From: Comamonadaceae bacterium
GTDB lineage: Bacteria; Pseudomonadota; Gammaproteobacteria; Burkholderiales; Burkholderiaceae_C
Length of the DNA stretch: 64,000 nucleotides
Assembly: GCA_947381325.1 (NCBI GenBank)
Contig: CANCUP010000001.1
Coordinates: 88-64,087, forward strand
Direction of reading: 5' to 3'
The notes under the pieces are model-generated. The model was not told the origin of the DNA, made no database searches, and saw only the letters and a program-made list of their open reading frames with translations. Below are positions 28,510 to 38,642 of the stretch, piece after piece. Position 1 is the stretch's first letter. Each line of letters starts with the position of its first letter. Made by a program: the position numbers and the translations under genes.

Positions 28510-29237
28510 GTGCCATGCTTGAAATCACCGACCTGCATGTGTCGTATGGCCAGGTCGATGCGGTGCGTGGCGTCAGCCTGGCCTTGCAACCGGGGCAGAT
28601 CATCTCTGTGATCGGCCCCAACGGTGCAGGCAAAACCACCTTGCTCGCCGCCGCCATGGGCCTGTTGCCCTCCAAAGGTGTGCTGCGCTTTGAAGGCGAA
28701 GACCTGCATGGGCTGGATGTGGAGGCGCGGGTCGAGCGCGGCCTGTGTTTGGTGCCCGAGAAGCGCGAACTGTTTGGCGACTTGAGCGTGCTCGACAACC
28801 TGCAACTCGGCGCCTACACCCAAAAATTGCGCAGCGAGGCCTTGCGCAGCCGTTTGCAATCGGTGTACGACCGGTTTCCCCGCTTGGCCGAGCGGCGCCA
28901 CCAGCGCGCCAGCACCTTGTCGGGTGGCGAGCGGCAAATGCTGGCGCTGGGGCGCGCTTTGATGTCGTCGCCGCGTCTGCTGATGCTGGATGAACCCAGT
29001 CTGGGTTTGGCGCCCCTGATCGTGCAAGCGATTTTAAAAATCGTGAGCCAACTGCGCGATGAGGGGGTGTCGATTTTGCTGGTCGAACAAAATGCCCGCG
29101 CCGCCCTGGAGACCTCAGACCATGGCTATGTGTTGGAGACCGGCGAGATGGCGTTGTCAGGCCCCTCGCGTGAGTTGGCCAATGACGCCCGCGTGCAGGC
29201 CACCTACTTGGGCGCAGGAGCGCGCGATGACGCCTGA
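28506..29237 (+). CDS. LivF-like ABC ATPase
   Basis: Motifs [31 protein letters not shown]. Confidence 0.93.
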   Translation: MSAMLEITDLHVSYGQVDAVRGVSLALQPGQIISVIGPNGAGKTTLLAAAMGLLPSKGVLRFEGEDLHGLDVEARVERGLCLVPEKRELFGDLSVLDNLQLGAYTQKLRSEALRSRLQSVYDRFPRLAERRHQRASTLSGGERQMLALGRALMSSPRLLMLDEPSLGLAPLIVQAILKIVSQLRDEGVSILLVEQNARAALETSDHGYVLETGEMALSGPSRELANDARVQATYLGAGARDDA

Positions 29238-30903
29238 GGCTGGCCGCCTCCCCGCGTTGGCCCCTGCCCAGCGCACCCTGCCCGCCATGCTGCAGCGCCA
29301 GGCCGACTGCTTTGGTGAGCACACCCTGCTTCGCCTGGGCGATCAGCACTGGCGCCATGCCGATGCGGCCAAGCTGGCCGCAGCAGGCGCCGCCGCACTG
29401 ACCCAAGCCGGTGTGCAACGGGGCGATCGGGTGGCGCTGATGTGCCACAACCGCAGCGAATTCCTTGAAGTTTTTTTGGCCTGTGGCTGGCTCGGTGCGG
29501 TGGTGGTGCCCATCAACACCGCCGCCATGGGGCCACAGATCGCGTACTTTTTACGCGACAGCCAAGCACGCTTGTTGGTGATCGACCCCGAGTTCTTGCC
29601 CCGCTTGGCAGAGCACGCCCCCCAAGACCTGGCGTTGCACACCATCTGGGCCTTGACCAACGCGGCAACCGACGTCACGCCCGAGCGTGCCCTTGCAGAC
29701 CCCGTGGCGCTCTTGCCCTACCCCGGCGTGCGAGCGACGGATGTGGGGATGGCGCCAGCCGACATCGGCCCGGGCGATGCCTTGGCCATTTTGTACACCT
29801 CGGGCACGACTGGCCCAGCCAAAGGTGTGGTTTGCCCCCATGCGCAGTATTACTGGTGGGGCGAGCACAGCCTGGACGTGCTCGGCATTGGCGCACACGA
29901 TGTGCTGTGCACCACCTTGCCGCTGTTTCACATCAATGCCCTCAACACCTTGGCCCAAGCCATGTTGGCGGGCTGTCGCGTGGTGTTTGAAACGCGTTTT
30001 TCAGCGTCTGGCTTTTGGCCGGCCATGCAGGCGCACGGCGCCAGCGTGGTGTATTTGTTGGGTGCCATGGTGCCGATCTTGTTGGCACAAGCGCCAAGCC
30101 CCAGCGAGCGCCAGCACCGGGTGCGCATCGGACTCGGTCCCGGCGTGCCTGCTGCGGCAGGCCAGGCATTTGCTGAGCGCACGGGAATTGAACTGCTGGA
30201 GGGCTATGGCTCGACCGAGACCAACTTCGTCATCGCCACGCGTCCCGGCGCGCCCCACACGGGCCACATGGGTTGGTTACGCGAGGGGTTTGATGCGCGG
30301 GTGGCCGATGCCAACGACGTCGAACTTCCCGCCGGTCAAGCGGGTGAGTTGTTGCTGCGTGCGCAAGAGCCTCATGCCTTTGCCAGCGGCTACTTCAACC
30401 GACCCGAACAAACCGTCAGTGCTTGGCGTAACTTGTGGTTTCACACCGGGGACCGGGTGGTGCGTGAAGCCGATGGCTCGTTTCGTTTCATTGATCGCAT
30501 CAAAGACGCGATCCGCCGTCGGGGTGAAAACATCTCCTCGTTTGAGGTGGAGCAGGTCTTGCTCAGCCACCCGGCGGTTGGGGCCTGTGCGGTGTACCCG
30601 GTGCGCTCCGAGTTGGCCGAAGACGAGGTGATGGCCGCGTTGGTGGCGCGCGACGGCCATCACATTGAACCGGCCGAGCTGATCGACTTTTGCCAACAGC
30701 GCCTGCCTTACTTTGCAGTGCCCCGCTACATCGATCTGCGAACCGATTTGCCACGCACAGAAAACGGCAAAGTGCAAAAGTTCAAGCTGCGCGAACAAGG
30801 CGTCGGCCCTCACACCTGGGAGAGGCCAGCGACACAGCGCGCGCCCCGCACAGCACCCACTGCATCCACCCACCCACCTACTCTTTCTGAAAGCACGCCA
30901 TGA
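29227..30903 (+). CDS. ATP-dependent acyl-CoA ligase (CaiC-like)
   Basis: Motifs [37 protein letters not shown]. Confidence 0.9.
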   Translation: MTPEAGRLPALAPAQRTLPAMLQRQADCFGEHTLLRLGDQHWRHADAAKLAAAGAAALTQAGVQRGDRVALMCHNRSEFLEVFLACGWLGAVVVPINTAAMGPQIAYFLRDSQARLLVIDPEFLPRLAEHAPQDLALHTIWALTNAATDVTPERALADPVALLPYPGVRATDVGMAPADIGPGDALAILYTSGTTGPAKGVVCPHAQYYWWGEHSLDVLGIGAHDVLCTTLPLFHINALNTLAQAMLAGCRVVFETRFSASGFWPAMQAHGASVVYLLGAMVPILLAQAPSPSERQHRVRIGLGPGVPAAAGQAFAERTGIELLEGYGSTETNFVIATRPGAPHTGHMGWLREGFDARVADANDVELPAGQAGELLLRAQEPHAFASGYFNRPEQTVSAWRNLWFHTGDRVVREADGSFRFIDRIKDAIRRRGENISSFEVEQVLLSHPAVGACAVYPVRSELAEDEVMAALVARDGHHIEPAELIDFCQQRLPYFAVPRYIDLRTDLPRTENGKVQKFKLREQGVGPHTWERPATQRAPRTAPTASTHPPTLSESTP

Positions 30904-31973
30904 AGATTGCTATCTTGGGCGGCGGACACGGCGCCTATGCCGCTGCCGCCGATCTGTCTGAACAGGGGCACGAGATTCGCCTGTGGCGCCGCGATGCCCA
31001 AGCGCTCTTGCCGGTACAACAGACCGGCGCCATCACGCTCAAAGACGCCCAAGGCGTGCGCGAGGTGCCGATTGCGCTGGCCACCACCGACATGGCAGCT
31101 GCGCTGCACGGTGCGGCCTTGATTCTGATTCCTTCGCCGGCCACGGCACAGCACGACCTGGCCGCTGCCATGGCGCCCCACTTGGTGGACGGTCAGGTGG
31201 TCTTTTTGGCGCCCGGCACCTTTGGCAGTTATGTGATGGCCCAACAGGTGCGGCAAGCCGGCAATTTGGCAACTGTGACCTGGGCCGAAACCGGCACCCT
31301 GCCTTATCTGGCCCGCAAGCACGGCGAGCGCGAAGTGAATGTCACCATCCGAGCAGTGCGCTTGCCCACCGGGGTTTATCCAGAGCGCCATACCGCCCCT
31401 GCGATGGCGGTGATTCGTCAGGCCTACCCCAGCGTGCACCCTTGCGGCAACGCGCTGTCGGGCGCACTGATGAATGCAGGACCGGTGATCCACCCGCCGC
31501 TGATGGTCATGAATGCGGCCCCCTTGCAGCATTTCGAGCGCTGGGATATCCACAACGAGGGCACACAACGCTCGGTGCGTGATGTCACGGATCGGCTGGA
31601 CCTCGAACGCATCGCCATTCGCACGGCACTGGGTCATGGCGCCCCACACTACCCACTGGCGGATCACTACAACAACGACCAGTGGATGTATGGGGATGCC
31701 CACAAAAAACTCGTGAAGTCAGGCGACTGGCGCGAAACCATTGATCTGTACCAGCACCGCTACATCACCGAAGACGTCGAGCTGGGCCTGGCCTTTCTGG
31801 CCTCAGCCGCACGCTTTGCAGGCGTCGATGCACCAATCGCACACGGCATCTTGGCGCTGGTGGGCGGCATCCTGGGTCGCGAGCTGAGGTGGGGGCCGCG
31901 CACCTTCGAGTCACTGGGCTTGGCCGACATGACAGCCGCAGAACTTCAGCAGAGCTTGCACCATGGCCACTGA
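30900..31973 (+). CDS. NAD/NADP octopine/nopaline (opine) dehydrogenase family protein
   Basis: Motifs GGGHG, ETGTLPYLAR, NAGPVIHPP, LDLERIAI, HRYITEDV. Confidence 0.85.
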   Translation: MKIAILGGGHGAYAAAADLSEQGHEIRLWRRDAQALLPVQQTGAITLKDAQGVREVPIALATTDMAAALHGAALILIPSPATAQHDLAAAMAPHLVDGQVVFLAPGTFGSYVMAQQVRQAGNLATVTWAETGTLPYLARKHGEREVNVTIRAVRLPTGVYPERHTAPAMAVIRQAYPSVHPCGNALSGALMNAGPVIHPPLMVMNAAPLQHFERWDIHNEGTQRSVRDVTDRLDLERIAIRTALGHGAPHYPLADHYNNDQWMYGDAHKKLVKSGDWRETIDLYQHRYITEDVELGLAFLASAARFAGVDAPIAHGILALVGGILGRELRWGPRTFESLGLADMTAAELQQSLHHGH

Positions 31974-32964
31974 CATCCGACCTCGTTTTGCAGCTGTGGG
32001 CGCTGGCCGCATGGGGCGCAGCATTGCCATCGCGTGCGCATATGCAGGCCATCGCATCAGCTTGATCGACCTGCGCGAGCGCAGCGATGCGGCCTGGGAG
32101 CAACTTCAACTCGAAGCACAAGCCGAAATTCACGCCAGCTTGATGGGGCTGTCGCAACTCGGCGTGCTCGATGCGTCGCAGGTCGACGCCATCGCATCGC
32201 GGGTGGACTGTGTCAGAGCCGACGCGGCAGCTGCCGCCTTGGCTGGCGCCGAGTTGGTGTTTGAAGGCGTGCCCGAAACCCTGGCCGCCAAGCGTGAGGC
32301 CTTTGAGCAGATCAACCGACACTGCAGCGATTCGGCCATCCTCACCTCGACCACCAGCAGCATCTTGGTCACCGACCTCGTGCCGCTGGTGCGTTGGCCT
32401 GAGCGGTTTTTGAACATGCATTGGCTCAACCCGGCCTACATCATTCCCGTGGTGGAACTGAGCTACCACCCGGGCACCTCCGCACAGGTGTTGGCGCGCG
32501 CCAAATCCCTGATGGAAGGCCTGGGCAAATTACCCGTCGTCTGCGGCCCCACGCCGGGCTACATCGTGCCGCGACTGCAAGCCTTGGTGATGAACGAGGC
32601 CGCCCGCATGATCGAGGAAGGCGCGGCCACCGCCGAAGAAATCGACAAAGCCACGCGCTACGGCATGGGCCTGCGCTTTGCTGCGCTCGGCGTGGTCGAG
32701 TTCATCGACTTTGGCGGGTGCGACATCTTGCACCACGCCAGCCGCGAAATGTCCGCCTCGGTCAGTGCGCCGCGCTACAGCGCACCCGCCATCGTGGACC
32801 AGATGGTGGCCCAAGGTCGCTTGGGGTTGAAAAGCGGCAGCGGCTTCTACAGCTACGAAGGCCGTGACATTGCCGCTTATCGGCGTGATGTGCTGTCGCG
32901 CACCTTGGGCATGCTGCAACACGCGGGCCTGTGGCGGCCCCCCGCAGACGAGACGCACACATGA
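31963..32964 (+). CDS. 3-hydroxyacyl-CoA (3-hydroxybutyryl-CoA) dehydrogenase
   Basis: Motifs GAGRMG, EGVPE, STTSS, HWLNP, PGYIVPR, GLKSGSGFY. Confidence 0.9.
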   Translation: MATDIRPRFAAVGAGRMGRSIAIACAYAGHRISLIDLRERSDAAWEQLQLEAQAEIHASLMGLSQLGVLDASQVDAIASRVDCVRADAAAAALAGAELVFEGVPETLAAKREAFEQINRHCSDSAILTSTTSSILVTDLVPLVRWPERFLNMHWLNPAYIIPVVELSYHPGTSAQVLARAKSLMEGLGKLPVVCGPTPGYIVPRLQALVMNEAARMIEEGAATAEEIDKATRYGMGLRFAALGVVEFIDFGGCDILHHASREMSASVSAPRYSAPAIVDQMVAQGRLGLKSGSGFYSYEGRDIAAYRRDVLSRTLGMLQHAGLWRPPADETHT

Positions 32965-33761
32965 AACTGCGACGCGCCTTTGCCGACTTGTCGGTAGGCC
33001 AAGTGCACTATGCCGAGTGCGGCATGCACCCCGGTCCCGCCGTGTTGCTGCTGCACCAGTCTCCGCGCAGTTATGCCGAATACCGCGACGTGCTGCCCCT
33101 GATCGGCGCGCAGCGCCGTGCCATTGCCATGGACACGGTGGGCTTTGGTGACTCCGCCAGTGGCGACCAACCCGCCAGCATTGAGCATTGGGCTGCGGTG
33201 GCGTGTGAGCTGCTGGACCACCTCGGGCTGCACCAAGTCGATGTGGTGGGCCACCACACGGGCGGCGTGATCGCCGTGGCCTTGGCGGCCAATTTTCCAG
33301 ACCGGGTGCGCTCACTGGTGCTGTCGTCAACGCCCTACACCAACGCTGCTTTTCGCTTGGCGCGGGCCCACAGTCCGCCGATTGACCATGTCGAACCCAG
33401 CGCCGACGGCAGCCACTTGAGCGTGCTGTGGCAACGCCGCCAAGGTTTTTACCCAAAGGATCGGCCCGATCTGCTGCACGCCTTTGTGTTGGACGCACTC
33501 AAAGCCAGTGGAGGGCTAGAAGACGGTCACCGCGCCGTGGCCTCGTACCGCATGGAAGACAGCATTGCGCGCGTTCACCAGCCAACCCGCATTCTGCGAG
33601 CGCCCAACGACCCGTTTGCATCACCGCATGCCCACGAATTGCAACAGCAACTGCCGCAGTCCCAGATCGTCGATCTGGCGGGCGGTATGGTGCCCCTGCC
33701 CGATCAACTGCCGGGGCCTTTTGCGCATGCCGTGCTTGATTTTTTGAGGACATTGCCATGA
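32961..33761 (+). CDS. Alpha/beta-hydrolase fold protein with atypical GHHTG elbow
   Basis: Motifs LLHQSPRS, DTVGFGDS, VVGHHTGG. Confidence 0.82.
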   Translation: MKLRRAFADLSVGQVHYAECGMHPGPAVLLLHQSPRSYAEYRDVLPLIGAQRRAIAMDTVGFGDSASGDQPASIEHWAAVACELLDHLGLHQVDVVGHHTGGVIAVALAANFPDRVRSLVLSSTPYTNAAFRLARAHSPPIDHVEPSADGSHLSVLWQRRQGFYPKDRPDLLHAFVLDALKASGGLEDGHRAVASYRMEDSIARVHQPTRILRAPNDPFASPHAHELQQQLPQSQIVDLAGGMVPLPDQLPGPFAHAVLDFLRTLP

Positions 33762-35002
33762 GCCCCCCCTCCAACGCTCAGGCCAAAAGCAAGCATCGCG
33801 CGGCCTTCATACCCTATGGCCAGTATTGGTCGACGCCATTTGCGCGCTGGCAAGGCAGCTTGGCCCATTTGCACAGCTTGGAGTTCGCCGCTTGGAATGC
33901 CAAGCGCGAAATGGCACGCCGAGGCTTGCAAGAGCTGGCCATTGACTCTGGGGTGTTGGGCATGAGCGTGCCCCAGTTGGGCAGCTTTTATGGCTTGCCT
34001 TGGGCCACCGGGATGATGGGCTTGGCGTCAGTGGCCGGGCCCACCATTTCACAGGCCTGCGCCACCTCGGCCCGTTGCCTGTCCCTGGCCGCCGACGAGG
34101 TCAGTGCCGGACGCGCCAACTGCGTGTTCGTGCTCACCGCCGATCGGGTGAGCAATGGCCCAGAGCTTTATTACCCCAACCCGCAAGGGCCCGGCGGCAG
34201 CGGACGGCACGAAAACTGGGTCCTGGACAACTTTCGCAAAGACCCCTTCGCAGGCGTTGCCATGGTCGAGACGGGAGAAAACGTGGCACGTCTGTTTGGC
34301 ATCAGCAGCGCGGAGCAAAACGATGTCACCTTGATGCGCTACGACCAGTACAAAGACGCGACAGCCCATGACCATGCGTTTCAAAAGCGTTACATGCATC
34401 TGCCATTTGAAGTGCCCGATGCCCGCTTGCAAAAAATCAGCACCACCCTAGACGGTGACGAAGGCCTGCACAGCACCACCGCACAAGGTCTGGCGGCGCT
34501 CAAGCCAGTGATCGAAGGGGGCACCATCAGCTTTGGTGGGCAAACGCATCCCGCCGACGGCAATGCCGCCATGTTTGTGTGCTCGCAGGCACAAGCTCAG
34601 GACATCTCGACCCGACCAGAGATACGCATTGAAATTTTGGGAGTGGGCCAAGCCCGCACACGCAAAGCCCACATGCCCATGGCGCCTGTGCCCGCCAGCC
34701 ACGCGGCTTTGCAAGACGCGGGCCTGGAGATGCACCAAGTCACGCATGTGAAGATGCACAACCCCTTCATCGTCAACGACATTGTGTTTGCCCGCGAGAC
34801 CGGATTTGCCATCGAGAAAATCAACCAATACGGCTGCTCTTTGGTGTGGGGTCACCCACAGGGGCCCACGGGCTTGCGCAGTCTGATTGAACTGATCGAA
34901 CAAATGGTGCTGCAAGGCGGCGGCATAGGTTTGTTCACCGGTTGCGCGGCAGGCGACTCGGCCATGTCCATGATCATTCGGGTCGACGACACATCGGCAT
35001 GA
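33758..35002 (+). CDS. Thiolase (acetyl-CoA acyltransferase) family
   Basis: Catalytic Cys in QACATS, plus HNPF, GHPQGPTG and GCAAG. Confidence 0.87.
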   Translation: MSPPSNAQAKSKHRAAFIPYGQYWSTPFARWQGSLAHLHSLEFAAWNAKREMARRGLQELAIDSGVLGMSVPQLGSFYGLPWATGMMGLASVAGPTISQACATSARCLSLAADEVSAGRANCVFVLTADRVSNGPELYYPNPQGPGGSGRHENWVLDNFRKDPFAGVAMVETGENVARLFGISSAEQNDVTLMRYDQYKDATAHDHAFQKRYMHLPFEVPDARLQKISTTLDGDEGLHSTTAQGLAALKPVIEGGTISFGGQTHPADGNAAMFVCSQAQAQDISTRPEIRIEILGVGQARTRKAHMPMAPVPASHAALQDAGLEMHQVTHVKMHNPFIVNDIVFARETGFAIEKINQYGCSLVWGHPQGPTGLRSLIELIEQMVLQGGGIGLFTGCAAGDSAMSMIIRVDDTSA

Positions 35003-36555
35003 GTCACGCATCCAACCCAGCAACACCTGCGCGCATGCCTCGGGTGCACAGCAGCATCGTCAGCATGCTTGACCACACCTGCGCGCAGTGGGGACAGCAA
35101 CAGGCGGTGGTGTTTGGCGAACAGTCCTTGAGCTATGTGCAGTTGCGCAGCAGCGTGCTGGGCTTGGCCCAGCACTTGATGCACGCCGGTGTCGCTGGCC
35201 AACGCGTGGCCACCGTGTTGCCCAACGCTGTGCTGGCTTGCATCGCACCCTATGCCATCGCCGCTGCGGGCGCGCAACATGTGCCCCTGAATGCCCAATA
35301 CACCCCCCGCGAGCTGGGATTCATGCTGCGTGATGCAGCGCCCACGCTGGTGCTGGTCGATGATGCGCTGGTCGACAAAGTCGCACCGCTGCTGGTTGAT
35401 CTGCCCCACTGCACGCTGTTGACCAGCGCGCACATCGCACAGCAGCTGCCGCAGTGGTGTCGAGAATTCCAAGACCAGACGCTGGCTGCTCTCTACCCAA
35501 AGGCGGAAGCTTTGGCCATCTTGCAGTACACCGGAGGTTCCTCGGGCTTTCCCAAGGGTGTGAACCTGAGCCACCGCGCCATCGCCACCAACGTGGCACA
35601 GCGTGAAGGCTTGCTGCCCGTCAAGCCCGGCTGTGAGCGGGTGCTGTGCGTCATGCCGCTGTTTCACTCGTACGCCATGGCCATGGGTCTTTTTTTGTGC
35701 GGCTATTCAGGCAGCACCTTGGTGGTCTTAGCGGCTTACCACCCTGAGCGGGTGCTGCAGACCATCGAGTCTGAGCGCATCACCATCTTTCCGGGCAGTC
35801 CCACCCTCTTCACCGGGTTGATGGCCTGCGAACGGTTCGAGCGCACCTGCTGGGACAGCGTGCACACCTGTTATTCCGGCTCAGCTGCTTTGCAAGCTGA
35901 AACCATGCGTCGCTGGCAACACGCCACCCAGGCCCCCGTCTATGAAGGCTATGGCCAAACCGAGGCCGGTCCTGTGCTCACGTTCAACCCGGCCTGTGGC
36001 CCGGTCAAGATCGCTTCGGTGGGTATCCCTGTGCCTGACACCGAAGTGCAAGTGGTCGATCTAGACACCGGCTTGCAGGTGCTGCCCGCAGGCGCCCAAG
36101 GCGAAATCCGCGCACGCGGCCCGCAGGTGATGGACGGCTACCACGGCTTGGCACAAGAAAACGCGCTGACCCTGCGCGACGGCTGGCTCTACACGGGTGA
36201 CATTGGCGAGTTCGACCCCGATGGGTATTTGTTCATCCGTGATCGCAAAAAAGACATGGTCATCGTCAGTGGGTTCAACGTGTACCCGCGCGAAGTTGAA
36301 GAGGTGTTGTTCACCCACCCGGATGTGCAAGACGCCGCCGTGATCGGCCAAAGCGATGCCTACCGGGGGGAGGTGCTGCGCGCTTTTGTGGTCATGCGCG
36401 AAGGCGCGGTGTTCGATGCACAGCAGATCCAAGACCATTGCGCCTTGCATCTGGCACGCTACAAAATACCCACGCACGTTGAACAACGCGCCGCACTGCC
36501 CAAAACTTCGGTCAACAAAACCGACAAAAAGGTGTTGAAAGCGCGCTACAACTGA
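34999..36555 (+). CDS. Long-chain-fatty-acid-CoA ligase family
   Basis: Motifs QYTGGSSGFPKG, YGQTE, YTGD, SGFNVYPREVE. Confidence 0.9.
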   Translation: MSHASNPATPARMPRVHSSIVSMLDHTCAQWGQQQAVVFGEQSLSYVQLRSSVLGLAQHLMHAGVAGQRVATVLPNAVLACIAPYAIAAAGAQHVPLNAQYTPRELGFMLRDAAPTLVLVDDALVDKVAPLLVDLPHCTLLTSAHIAQQLPQWCREFQDQTLAALYPKAEALAILQYTGGSSGFPKGVNLSHRAIATNVAQREGLLPVKPGCERVLCVMPLFHSYAMAMGLFLCGYSGSTLVVLAAYHPERVLQTIESERITIFPGSPTLFTGLMACERFERTCWDSVHTCYSGSAALQAETMRRWQHATQAPVYEGYGQTEAGPVLTFNPACGPVKIASVGIPVPDTEVQVVDLDTGLQVLPAGAQGEIRARGPQVMDGYHGLAQENALTLRDGWLYTGDIGEFDPDGYLFIRDRKKDMVIVSGFNVYPREVEEVLFTHPDVQDAAVIGQSDAYRGEVLRAFVVMREGAVFDAQQIQDHCALHLARYKIPTHVEQRAALPKTSVNKTDKKVLKARYN

Positions 36556-37418
36556 ACGGGCCGCACCAAGCCTGGGTCTGTGGCTCGGACGCGCTGGTAA
36601 GCATCGCTTTTGAGCTGCGTCGACAGCTCGTGCGCATAGCGCTGCAACAACGCAATTTGCGCTGGCAAGGGGGGATCTGGAATTTCTTGCACCGAGCCCA
36701 CAATGCCCAGCGCACCGGCGAGCACATCGTCATCGCGAAAGATCGGCGCCACCACCGTGTTGATGCCCACCATCATTTCGCCCGCCGCGTAGTCATACAT
36801 GCGCTCGCGTATGCGGGGTAAGCGCTCCAACACGGCTTGGCGATCGACCAAGGAATGCTCGGTCTCTGCGGTCAGCGCCTGCGACAACAGGGTCTGCTGC
36901 GCCTCCTCTGAAGAATAAGCCAGCATCAAGCGGCCAAAGGCCGAGCAATGCGGCAAGGGACGGTTGCCCGGCTTGACCGAAATGCAGATGCGCGCGTAGA
37001 TGTTGTCGGAGGTGGCAATCACCATCGGCTGGTCGTTGATGGGAATCGCCAGCACCGCGGTTTGTCGCAACTCGTCACGCAGCTTCACCAGGTAAGGCTC
37101 GGCACGGTAACGCAGGTCAAATTGCGCACCAGCGGCCTCGCCCAGCTGAAACAAGCGCCAGCCCAGACGGTAACGCTCGGTGGCATGTTCTTGCTCGACC
37201 ATGCCCATTTCTTTCAGCGTGGCCAAATGCCGGTGGATGCGCGGCTTGGTCTCCCCCATCAGATCGGCCAACTCGGTGATGCGCATGGCGCGTCGGGCCA
37301 GCGCCATTTCGTTGAGCATGCGCATCGCCACTTTGACGGCTTCCACCGAATTCGGCTTGCGGGAGGTCGGCACCCCCTCGGCCTTGACGACTTTTGGCTT
37401 CTTTTTGGATGTAGGCAT
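36546..37418 (-). CDS. IclR-family transcriptional regulator
   Basis: HTH RITELADLMGETKPRIHRHLATL, then YRLG, PHCSAFGR, VAPIF. Confidence 0.9.
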   Translation of the reverse strand: MPTSKKKPKVVKAEGVPTSRKPNSVEAVKVAMRMLNEMALARRAMRITELADLMGETKPRIHRHLATLKEMGMVEQEHATERYRLGWRLFQLGEAAGAQFDLRYRAEPYLVKLRDELRQTAVLAIPINDQPMVIATSDNIYARICISVKPGNRPLPHCSAFGRLMLAYSSEEAQQTLLSQALTAETEHSLVDRQAVLERLPRIRERMYDYAAGEMMVGINTVVAPIFRDDDVLAGALGIVGSVQEIPDPPLPAQIALLQRYAHELSTQLKSDAYQRVRATDPGLVRPVQL

Positions 37419-37512
37419 GCTGTGGGTCTCGCTGTATCCGTGGAGGTCAACCACGAAAAATACTTGTCTCTGTCGGCATTATTCCATGATAGAGTCACCA
37501 GACGAAATAAAG

Positions 37513-37527
37513 TTACGCCTAGCGTAA
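37513..37527. promoter_or_regulatory. Candidate IclR operator
   Basis: 15-bp dyad TTACGC-CTA-GCGTAA in the divergent iclR/cobW spacer. Confidence 0.55.
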
Positions 37528-37589
37528 ACACTCGATCAAGTCCTGACATCGCTTTGTACACGGGGTTCCACCTTTCCAGCCATGCACAC

Positions 37590-38630
37590 ATGATTGCTTT
37601 TGATCTGCTCACCGGATTTTTGGGAAGCGGCAAAACCACGCTGCTCAACAGCTTCCTTCGGCTGCAAGCCGGTGCAGACACGGCCGTCATCGTCAACGAG
37701 TTCGGGGCCATTGGCTTGGATCAGCTGATCTACCAAGAGTTCTCGCAAGATGTGTACTTGCTGGACAACGGCTGCCTGTGCTGCACCGTCACCCACTCGC
37801 TGCGCGAGACCTTGTTGGAAATCAAAAACGTCGCCAACCAACTCGGGCGTGCGCCCCTGCGGCGCGTGGTGATTGAAACCACCGGCTTGGCCGATCCCCT
37901 GCCGGTGTTGCATGCGCTCTTGGGCGACAAAACCCTGATGCAGCACTTTCGGCTTGGCCAAGTCATCACCACGGTGGATGCGGTGCAAGGCGCGCAACAG
38001 TTGGCTCACCATGCCGAGTCTCGTCGGCAAGCCAGCGTGGCCGAACACTTGGTCATCACGAAAACCGACATGGCAGAACCCGCTCAGTTGCAGGCTCTGC
38101 GCGCGCAACTGCACCACATCAACCCCCTGGCCCAAGTCACCGAGTCGGTGGCGGGCGCAGCGGCTTTGTCGATTTTCAGCACAGCCGTTGACGCGCACCC
38201 CTTGCACTTGTTGCCCCACGTGGGCCACAGCGAGCACACGCACAGCCAACACACGCACACCCACACGGCCCACACGCATGCCAGCGACGTGGGCACGTGG
38301 AGCGTGTTCACCGACGTGCGCCCCACCTGGGTGGGCATCTCGGCCTGGTGGCATTTGCTGGTGCAGCACTTTGGCGACCAGTTGTTGCGCTGCAAAGGTT
38401 TGCTGCCCATGAACGATGTGCACCCCGTGGTGTTGATCCAAGGTGTGGGCAAAGTCTTTCACTCGCCCACCTACTTGGCCCAATGGCCTGACAGCGATCC
38501 GCGTGGCCGCATTGTGTGCATTGGCACCGGGCTCGACCCTGCTTGGTTGCAAGCGAGCTTGCGGGCGCTGGCGCTCACCGAAGCCTCGTGCCGCCCGCGC
38601 AATTTGTTGGAATTGAACGCATGTTTTTAA
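37590..38630 (+). CDS. COG0523/CobW-family G3E GTPase metallochaperone
   Basis: Motifs GFLGSGKTT, NEFG, GCLCC, ETTGLADP; His-rich stretch; CobW_C-like LRCKG...IQGV. Confidence 0.9.
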   Translation: MIAFDLLTGFLGSGKTTLLNSFLRLQAGADTAVIVNEFGAIGLDQLIYQEFSQDVYLLDNGCLCCTVTHSLRETLLEIKNVANQLGRAPLRRVVIETTGLADPLPVLHALLGDKTLMQHFRLGQVITTVDAVQGAQQLAHHAESRRQASVAEHLVITKTDMAEPAQLQALRAQLHHINPLAQVTESVAGAAALSIFSTAVDAHPLHLLPHVGHSEHTHSQHTHTHTAHTHASDVGTWSVFTDVRPTWVGISAWWHLLVQHFGDQLLRCKGLLPMNDVHPVVLIQGVGKVFHSPTYLAQWPDSDPRGRIVCIGTGLDPAWLQASLRALALTEASCRPRNLLELNACF

Positions 38631-38642
38631 CCAGAGACGCCC

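Noticed and set aside
36948-37589. Apparent 214-aa N-terminal extension on the CobW ORF
   Set aside because: It overlaps the antisense IclR gene. CobW homology starts at MIAFDLLTG (37590).
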